Source of the DNA: Zygophlyctis sp. KS116
Taxonomy: Eukaryota > Fungi > Chytridiomycota
Direction: 5' to 3'
Assembly: GCA_054661495.1 (NCBI GenBank)
Contig: BAAFSQ010000223.1
Coordinates: forward strand, 1-16,327
DNA length: 16,327 bases
The notes under the pieces are model-generated. The model was not told the DNA's origin. It saw only the letters and a program-made list of their open reading frames with translations, and made no database searches. Positions 9,020 through 16,327 of the stretch are shown here, piece by piece. The first letter of the stretch is position 1. Every line of letters begins with the position of its first letter. A program made the position numbers and the translations under genes.

Positions 9020-9841
9020 TCAAGAAAACTCTTTTAGTTGTAGTTTTTGCGCATTCATGATTTCTTTTCTAGTCAAGAGATTTAATAAAACTAGATTTGG
9101 TTCTAAAATATTTTGATCATTACAGAGTACAAGTTTCTTAAATTAGTTTAAAGTAATTACAGTTTCACTATTAGTATTATTGAAATTTGGAATATTGGCT
9201 TGAATACAAATCTTATCGAGTATCTTTCCAATTGTCCAATTACTGTTAAAATACATTATAATCTCTTTCTCCTTTGCAATAATTGTAAAATACACACGAT
9301 CTTTAACAGGAATGTTTTGGTCTCCAGTTGCTTTAGACTTGAGTTTCATTAATTCTAGAGTTGGATTGAATTTACTGGGCTTTTTTAAAGTTGAATTTGA
9401 TAATGCAACTTTTGGTAATGTAATTTTGATTTCTGGTTTTTCTATTGGAGTAAAATTACAATCATGATCTTTAGGATGACGATGGCCAATACAGTATAAT
9501 GACTTGCATAATCTACAATCTATAATCATCCAGCACTTGTTTACACAGTCTTTAAAACTACAAATTCCTGCAGTTTTAATTGATTCATAAACATAGAGCG
9601 TGCAATTAGAGTCCAAGTGTTTGGAGAGTAATTCAGAGTCCGCAATGTCTTTAGAAAATATCAGGGAACCACATTTACGACAAAATATCATTGTTTTATC
9701 TAAAACAGACCAAGAAGGACAATTATGAGAGTCTGGAAATCTATGATTCTGACAGTAAATACTTTTACAGCCAGTGCATGTAAATGGTAAAAAGTCTAAT
9801 TGAAAACAAGATTCCAGACTGCAGTGCGTTCCATATTCCAT
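9020..9841 (-). CDS. ZFAND1: AN1-type zinc finger protein, ZFAND1/Cuz1-like, 265 aa
   Basis: ATG at 9841 (the track's 9847 is TTG). Exons 9841-9161 and 9136-9020; 24-nt intron at 9137-9160. Two AN1 fingers (GTHC...QLDFLPFTC..C...YC..HR....H.C and C..C...YC..HRHP.DH.C). The C-terminus LMKLKSKATGD.NIP..DRVYF...WTIGKILD...N.NN is typical of the ZFAND1/Cuz1 ubiquitin-like domain. Confidence 0.88.
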
Positions 9842-10311
9842 TACCAACCAAGATTAAAAAATTAAAAATAATTTAGTATTCCACAAACGGATGATGAGTT
9901 CCCTTGGTTGACTGGAACTTAAACAGGTATCTTCTAATCCGGCAATCCGACTGTACCATGTATGCGGACCCTATTCTCTGCTCAGTTGCCTGCCTCGAGC
10001 TTTACGGATCTCTTGAACAACCACCATAACCTGCCTACACAAGTCATCGTTGTTGACACACTGGACGAATCGGACCGTATATCACTAAAGATTCCTGTTA
10101 AAGCTGGATTCCAGTCTCCAAGAATTCTCAAGTCCTACCCCCATTGCTGGTTACAGAAAGATTTTCCGGGTGAAATTTTATGTGGTAAATTTGTATATAA
10201 ACACGACTGTACTTATTGCACGAAAAATTGTGGTTTAATTTACAACTCTTAAAGAGAAATTGCTTTTTCTAAATTAAAAAAGGTGGTTTATTAAAAATTA
10301 AGAAAATCTGA
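9842..10311. promoter_or_regulatory. Divergent intergenic region (ZFAND1 / qRRM gene)
   Basis: Head-to-head starts; relatively GC-rich core flanked by A-rich tracts next to each ATG. Confidence 0.45.
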
Positions 10312-11898
10312 ATGAGTTTATCCATTTCTAGTCCAGACTTTATGTTGAGTAATCTTTCAATTGATAATGTTGAATCTCCTTCATCATCATCTAGATTAGA
10401 GCATTTGTATAATTTGAGATCTGTTCCTCCAATTAACCAATTTTATGTAGTGAAAATGAGAAATATACCTTGGGAAATTTCAGCAGATGAAATTGTTTCA
10501 TTCTTTTATCCACTTAAAGTATAAATATCTTTTATTAACGAGTAAGATCCCTTTCGGACATGTGGCACCACATTATTGTCATGGAATACATATTCCCATG
10601 CAAAGTTCAACTGGTAAAACAATTTCTGAATGCTTTGTGGAGTTGGAAAATGCTAATGATGCTAATGAAGCAATTAAATTGAGAAAGTTTGTAAAGGGAA
10701 GATTAATATCTGTTGTACAAGCAAGTCAACAAGAGTTGATGGACCGTTTATTTCCAGGGATACAATTACATGATAATGAATCATTTGAATTGATTCCAGG
10801 ACTCTCAATTGAAAATAATCAAACTTGTACGTTTCTTTCACAAGAAGAAATTAATGGAATATTAATAGTTTGTAAGAGATTCAAGGTAAGTTTTTCAAGG
10901 ATCTAAGTAATAGCTTCATTTTTCTAGAAAATGTGCAGAACGACCTTTTGAATTGGTGATTTCAATTCTTTCTAAAATGCCTTGGCATCAGACAAATCGT
11001 ATTTCTTTGTTGCAAAGAGATCATTTGTTTGAAATGTTTAAAAGTAATTTATTTATTTATTAAAATGCAGTTGCCACGGAATCATTGGTTTTTCATTTGG
11101 CAAAGTCTGCAAAGCGTTACTTGGAAAATACTTTGCTGATTAGACTTATTCGTGCTGGTTTAACTGTTCCTTTATTTACGGAAAAGCAAAAATTAACAGT
11201 TTTGTCTGTTAGTAACTTGAGTTGTCCGAAGGACTTGGAAACTTTTGTGTTTAATCCTCCAGAAGAAGAATCGGACATATCTCCAAAATCTGAAAAGATG
11301 AATATATTTTCTGTAAGACTTGAATTATAATCTCATACTAAAGAGTCCAGTATCTATCAGCTCAATAGCCAATGTGAATGATCGCTCTAAAGTTTCGGTT
11401 CCTTTTCAAACTCCAATTGGATTTCCTGGAAAATTTAAAGGGAACTATTCAAGTTTATTTGAAACCCATGGTAGCTCTAGAATTAATCAAGGCTTGCCAA
11501 GTCCAGCATCGTCAATTCGTATTGATACTAATGAAAGTAGTCCATGGAAAACGGCAAATGGAAGATTCTCCCCATTCTCCAGCAATGGATCTATTATGAA
11601 AGAAGTAATCAATGATCAAACAAGCAAGATCTCTGATTTAGAAAAAAAATTGGACGAATATCGTAAAAAATTGAAAAATGCAGGAGTAGAAATATCTTCC
11701 AAGCAGGCTGCTTTGTCTGATCTGAATGAAAGACATGTTAAATTGCGAGATCAGCTTAGATCTTGTTTATCATTCATCAAAAGTTTACAAAGACGTAATG
11801 ATGAGCTTGAATATTTTCATTTTAAAAGCAAAAAGAGTTCTTGGGGAATGGATGGATTACATATGGAGTACAGTTCCTGGAAGGATATGAACTTTTAA
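10312..11898 (+). CDS. RNA-binding protein with a quasi-RRM (hnRNP F/H, ESRP-like), a conserved helical region and a C-terminal coiled coil, 490 aa
   Basis: Exons 10312-10518, 10547-10885, 10914-11043, 11071-11312, 11344-11898. Introns of 28, 28, 27 and 31 nt join four track ORFs plus one unlisted exon in frame. Motifs: VVKMRNIPWEISADEIVSFF, GIHIPM...GKTISECFVE, GRLISV; then HFSRKCAERPFE..ISIL.KMPW...QRDHLFE; heptad-like tail. Confidence 0.85.
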
Positions 11899-11964
11899 GT
11901 CTAAAAAAATTTATGTTGAGAATAAAATCTATACCAAAAATTACTAAGCAATGACAGCCATGAG

Positions 11965-12602
11965 TTACTTTACCACAGAAAAGATTGCGATTATGGCAAA
12001 GAAACAGAAAAACGTGACCGCTGTACATGATAGTAAAGATTGAAAGAATCGTCCCTTTGTATGCTGATTTAGGCGATCATCAGATTCATTAGGCATAACT
12101 ACAACCGTTTCTTCATACTGATCAAGAGATACTGATTGATGTTGGGGATATGTCGGGATTTGTGATAGTTTCCAATGTTTACGAAGTACAAACGAAGACA
12201 ATTTTACCTTTTTTGATACAATGGCTTCTGATGACTTAGTAGATGAAAATTACCTTTAAAATGAGTGTACCTTGATTTTAAATGGCTATACAAAAATCTC
12301 CTTTTTCCCTTCCATTCACAGCCTAATTCCTGACAAGGACAAGTTACAGATAGATCATTCAAGATTTGCTGATTAGCATCATGATCGGGAAGACTGTTCT
12401 TTATATGTTTTAAATCAATCTCTGATCGGCAAAAAGGGCATGAACAACTTGTTTTCAACCAATGCTTCGCACATAACGAGCAAATGCATACACCACAGCA
12501 AGGAAGCAGCTTTGCCCGATTGGGGAAATTGAAACAAATGGGACATTGTAAAGATTCATTCATCTCATCATCTTGGCAATAATGGAGTTGAGTATCTATC
12601 AT
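11965..12602 (-). CDS. RING finger protein with a degenerate TRAF/SIAH-type zinc finger and a C-terminal TM helix (putative E3 ligase), about 203 aa
   Basis: ATG at 12602. Exons 12602-12254 and 12227-11965; the 26-nt intron at 12228-12253 joins two track ORFs in frame. CPIC...PCCG..ICSLC...W.....CPFCR, then V.CP....GCEWKG....YSHL, and a hydrophobic tail AVTFFCFFAIIAIFSVV. The exact 3' exon structure is less certain. Confidence 0.8.
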
Positions 12603-12630
12603 CTTGTAAAAAATTTGCAAGAAAAATTTC

Positions 12631-14457
12631 TCATTTTGGATTCTCTAATTCCTGAACGCTATCTAAATTGCCAGGACGATGAGAGATCCCCATAGTACCC
12701 ATTCTTGTAGCCAAGCTGCCAACAAGCGAGCTGGATAAATCATGCGCTTGATAACTGAATCCCTGGAATTGCTGCTGAACAGCTTCTGATAGATGCGATG
12801 TATCAGCAACAGAGTCTACTGGAATTTCATTTGTGAATTCATCATCAAAATTTGAGGTATCTTGTGCATTTTTCTTTTGGTCAGTCAAATGGATAAAACT
12901 TACCACGTTTGGACGGAACGGGGGATTGTATTTCTTTGCTAATAACCTTCTCCAGTCAACATCTTGAAAAAAGGGGTGGGATTTAATATCTAGAGCTCCA
13001 TTTGCTCCTAATCTTGTCACAGGATTGCGATCTAGAAGCTAATAATTTGATAAAATTTAACATACCTTTCTTAAAATATCTTCGGCGACTGGTGATACTC
13101 CATTTGGGAAAACAAGTGGATCAGATAAAATCTTCTTGTACATGGAATTGACATTCTGTTTATAAGTCTTGAACTTCTGGTACCTCATCGTAAAAGGGTG
13201 GTAGGCCTGTAATCATCTCAAATAGTAAAATCCCTAGAGTCCACCAATCCACAGCTTTTGTATAACCCTTCCCAATCAGAACTTCTGGAGCCAAATATTC
13301 CGGGGTTCCACAAAAAGTATTTGTTTTTTTACCGTCATTCATGTTTAATTTACAAAGTCCAAAGTCACATAGAGCTATATGTCCGGCATAATCCAGCAAA
13401 ATATTTTCAGGTTTCAAATCTCTAAAAATTAGCTGGGTAAACTCACCTATAAATGATATTAAATGAATGCAAACACTCTAAAGCCGATAAAAGCTCTGCA
13501 GCATAGAATTTAGCTCTTGGCTAAAATAAGAAAATTATTGCTATACCTCTGAAAATCTCCCATCTGTTTGAAGATGAAAAAATAATTCACCACCATTGAC
13601 AAATGCAAGAGCAAGATACAGTTTTTCTGGGGATTGGAATGAATATTTGAGATTAACAATAAACGGATGTTGAATTTTAGCCAACACCATTCTCTCTGCC
13701 AATGTATGAGAAACCTCATCTCTTTCAACTATATGCGCCTTTTTCAATATTTTCATTGCATAAATTCGATTTGAATCCTTTTTCCTCACTTGCATCACTT
13801 TTCCAAAACTTCCTTTTCCAATAACCTTTAACAAATCAAAGTCATCAATCGTCATTCTCTTGTTTGCCTAATAATTTAGAGAAAAACTAAATATACTTCA
13901 TTTTTCTTGAAAAGCATTTGCACTCTAACAACCACATTTTCCGACTCGGAAGAGTTTGATGTCAGTTGTAGCCATAGATCAAAAGGTTTCTATGATGTTA
14001 AATTTAAAAAATGTTACTTGATCAATATATGATGGATTTACTCGAATAGATCCAACATTTATATCCTCATTTCCATTAGGAATATATACTGAAACATCTA
14101 TTGGGGCTGCCTTTGAAACATCACTTTTTTCAATAAAATAAACTTACAACGTAGCCCTTTGAATTAGATGAATAGCCTTTGAATCCAGTGATGATGATTT
14201 GATTAATACTTCATTCTTATCGACTTCAATCAGTACATAAGGCAATTCTTGCGCAGTATTTAATTTTAGCCCCACAATCTCTGCGACTCTTACAATCAAC
14301 TTTCCTTCTGCGATTGGAGGAAATTCCGCCTCACCTGGAATACTGTCTTCCTCTTTAATTTAGATGATAAAATAATACTTTTAACCTGATCATCTGCCAC
14401 TTCTAATTTTGAGGATGATGCAAACTTACTCTCCTTCTTCTTGTTGAATTTGAACAT
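12631..14457 (-). CDS. YPK1: AGC kinase Ypk1/Ypk2/Gad8 (SGK-like) with an N-terminal C2-like region, about 518 aa
   Basis: 11 exons: 14457-14430, 14402-14379, 14352-14148, 14123-14018, 13989-13897, 13867-13547, 13520-13447, 13421-13184, 13155-13066, 13038-12904, 12873-12631 (1557 nt total). Motifs: [80 protein letters not shown], hydrophobic motif QQQFQGFSY. The first two introns are the least certain. Confidence 0.93.
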
Positions 14458-14532
14458 TCTTTGACTAAACAAACAAAGCGTTTTAGGCCAGTCCACACGA
14501 AGGCGCGTTTTCTAGATTGAGCCAAAAGAGTA
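14458..14532. promoter_or_regulatory. 75-bp divergent promoter (YPK1 / REEP)
   Basis: Only 75 nt separate the two predicted ATGs; contains TAAACAAACAAA and GGCGCGTTTT. Confidence 0.5.
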
Positions 14533-15452
14533 ATGACTGAGCCAAAAGTAACCAATGCATTAGAGCAGAAACTAAGAGATCTTTTAGCAACATCTCCTCA
14601 AGTCATGCATCCACTTTGGAATTATGTATTACTAGATTTTGTTCCAATTTTGAGATGGTCTGAAGTCGCTTGTAACTCTTCACGTATCCTCGTTTTCATC
14701 CAAAGACTTGTAAAACTACCGCCATTGACTTTTGCGATTGTATTATTTACTGGACTCTTTATCGGACTTCAGAAATGTCTGAAAGCCGCTCCAAGACTCA
14801 CTGCTAATATTTTGGCTGTTGCTTATCCTACATACATGTCTTTTAAGGAATTGGAAATGAATAAATCTATAGATTGGACTACATACTGTATGTTGATTAG
14901 ATCTTAAATTTAGGGTGTGTTTATGGATGGAGTACTGTAGCTGATCATATCAGTACTAGATTACAAGATCCGATCAAATCTTATTATATACCGAAAATGT
15001 TATTCTTTTACTGGATGTCTTCTAAAGGCGGTGCTAAAACAGTTTATGATTTAATTATTACTAGAATTTTCAGAGGAAATTTACAAAATTTAACTAAATC
15101 TTCCACTCAATCAGAAGATAATTCTTGTGGATTAGTCTCTGAAAGTGTCGTAATAACTAAAAATATGTTGGAAGAAGAATTAGACGACTCTATTTTAGAG
15201 TCCGTACAAGAGTCTGAAAATGATGAATGTACTATTTCAGATCAAGAGTCAAATAATGAAGATGATTCAAAGTCTGTAGATGATACATTACAGTCTAGTA
15301 TTAATAATGCAGATTATACGACCTTTAATGAAGTTGGGTTTGATGGAATTAAATCTGTTGGATTAAAGACATTTAAGACTGGATTGCATTTGAATGTGCC
15401 TACGATTACAATTACTGCACCGTTTGATCATGCTCCAGAAGCAGCGGAATAA
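14533..15452 (+). CDS. TB2/DP1/HVA22 (REEP/Yop1) family ER-shaping membrane protein with an acidic tail, 297 aa
   Basis: Exons 14533-14887 and 14914-15452. The 26-nt intron at 14888-14913 restores AYPTYMSFKEL...WTTYWCVYG...YYIPKMLFFYWM...GGAKTVYD.II. The C-terminus is D/E/S-rich and low complexity. Confidence 0.88.
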
Positions 15453-15544
15453 AACTATTATCAGGATTTTGTGAAAATGAGATGTCCGAATATGATGCAA
15501 AAGAGCCAACGTCAATAGGTTTGAGAAAACGTTTAAAAAACTGA

Positions 15545-16304
15545 ATGACGATCAAGTCTGTTTTTACTCAAGGATTTACTCGACCTTCTTTTAATCCTGC
15601 TAATGACCTCCCCGATTTATCTGGAAAGGTAGCAATTGTAACCGGTGCTTCCACAGGACTTGGAAAGGAGACTGCAAGAGAATTGGCAAGAAAAGGAGCT
15701 CAAGTGTTTTGCATCGGACGAACACTCGATAAAACAAAAGCGGCAATTGATGAGATTATCAAAGAAACTGGAAATGACAAGGTTTCTTTTATTCATGGGG
15801 ACTTTATGGATTTGAAAAGTGTATGTCGAAAATATCTAATTATAGGTTGAAAAAGCAGCTATAGAATTTTTGGATAAGAAACTTCCTTTACATATTTTGG
15901 TCAATAATATTGGTATAATGGCATGTCCTTTTGAATTTTCAAAGGATAATATTGAATCGCAATTTGCTACAAATCATTTTGCGCCTGTTGTTTTCACTAA
16001 TTTGTTGATTCCATGTCTTACCAAGTCTCAGCCATCTAGAATTGTTAATCTGGCAAGTTTAGCTCATTTAAATGCTCCAAATGAAGGAATTATTTATGAT
16101 CTATTAAATGATAAAGAAAAGTACTCTGCTTGGGGTAGATATGGTGAAACAAAATTGGCAAACATCTGGTATACTGCTGTTCTTCAAGAGCGTCTTGATC
16201 AAATTGGTGCAAAGGAGGTTTATGTTAATGCTGTTCATCCAGGAATCGTCAGTAGTATAGATAGAGCACCGAATGATACCATTTTTCATACGGAACTTTT
16301 TTAG
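15545..16304 (+). CDS. Short-chain dehydrogenase/reductase (retinol dehydrogenase/WWOX-like); 3' end unresolved
   Basis: Exons 15545-15820 and 15846-?; 25-nt intron at 15821-15845. Motifs: DLSGKVAIVTGASTGLG, LVNNIG, QFATNH, RIVNLAS.AH, YGETKLAN, NAVHPG. Family resemblance stops after HPGIV (about 16250). Confidence 0.88.
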
Positions 16305-16327
16305 CTTCTCATCAATAGACAAATGGT

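Noticed and set aside
9881-9910. ATGATGA box C / U3-like GATGAGTTCCC
   Set aside because: No box A, no box B, no nearby box D (CTGA) and no terminal stem.
11378-13728. Track ORFs 11378-11599, 11822-12028 and 13510-13728
   Set aside because: Alternative-frame overlaps of the better supported qRRM, RING and YPK1 exons.
1351-16304. Split ORFs interpreted as pseudogenes, programmed frameshifts or an alternative genetic code
   Set aside because: Every internal break is resolved by a GT-AG intron that restores the frame. TAA, TAG and TGA all serve as normal terminal stops.
16104-16322. 72-aa minus-strand ORF
   Set aside because: Non-ATG start, mostly antisense to the conserved SDR exon, and no motifs.
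1-16327. Functional gene cluster, CRISPR array, tRNA/rRNA or intact transposon
   Set aside because: The genes are functionally unrelated, and I saw no repeat-spacer periodicity, T/D-loop motifs, transposase or RT motifs.

Overview
This is an AT-rich, very compact eukaryotic window, most likely from a zoosporic (chytrid-type) fungus. That assignment is inferred from fungal-type genes (Ypk1/Gad8 kinase, WSC sensor, fungal qRRM family) co-occurring with an axonemal SPAG8/CFAP143-like gene. The ORF track is fragmented because the genes carry ultra-short GT-AG spliceosomal introns; I reconstructed 25 by hand, all 24-31 nt. After splicing there are 12 protein-coding genes, in order: an intronless orphan with a putative Cif-like Cys-His-Gln papain-fold triad, an APE1/ExoIII AP endonuclease, a MARK/PAR-1 kinase, a SPAG8-like protein (absent from the ORF track), a DEAH helicase (DHX40/Prp22-like), a WSC-TM-SH3 receptor, ZFAND1/Cuz1, a qRRM protein, a tail-anchored RING protein, a Ypk1/Gad8 kinase (10 introns), a REEP/Yop1-family protein, and an SDR whose 3' end is unresolved at the window edge. 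Several intergenic spacers are only 1-92 bp. I recognised no tRNA, rRNA, CRISPR array or intact transposon. All family assignments come from motif recognition by eye, not from database searches.
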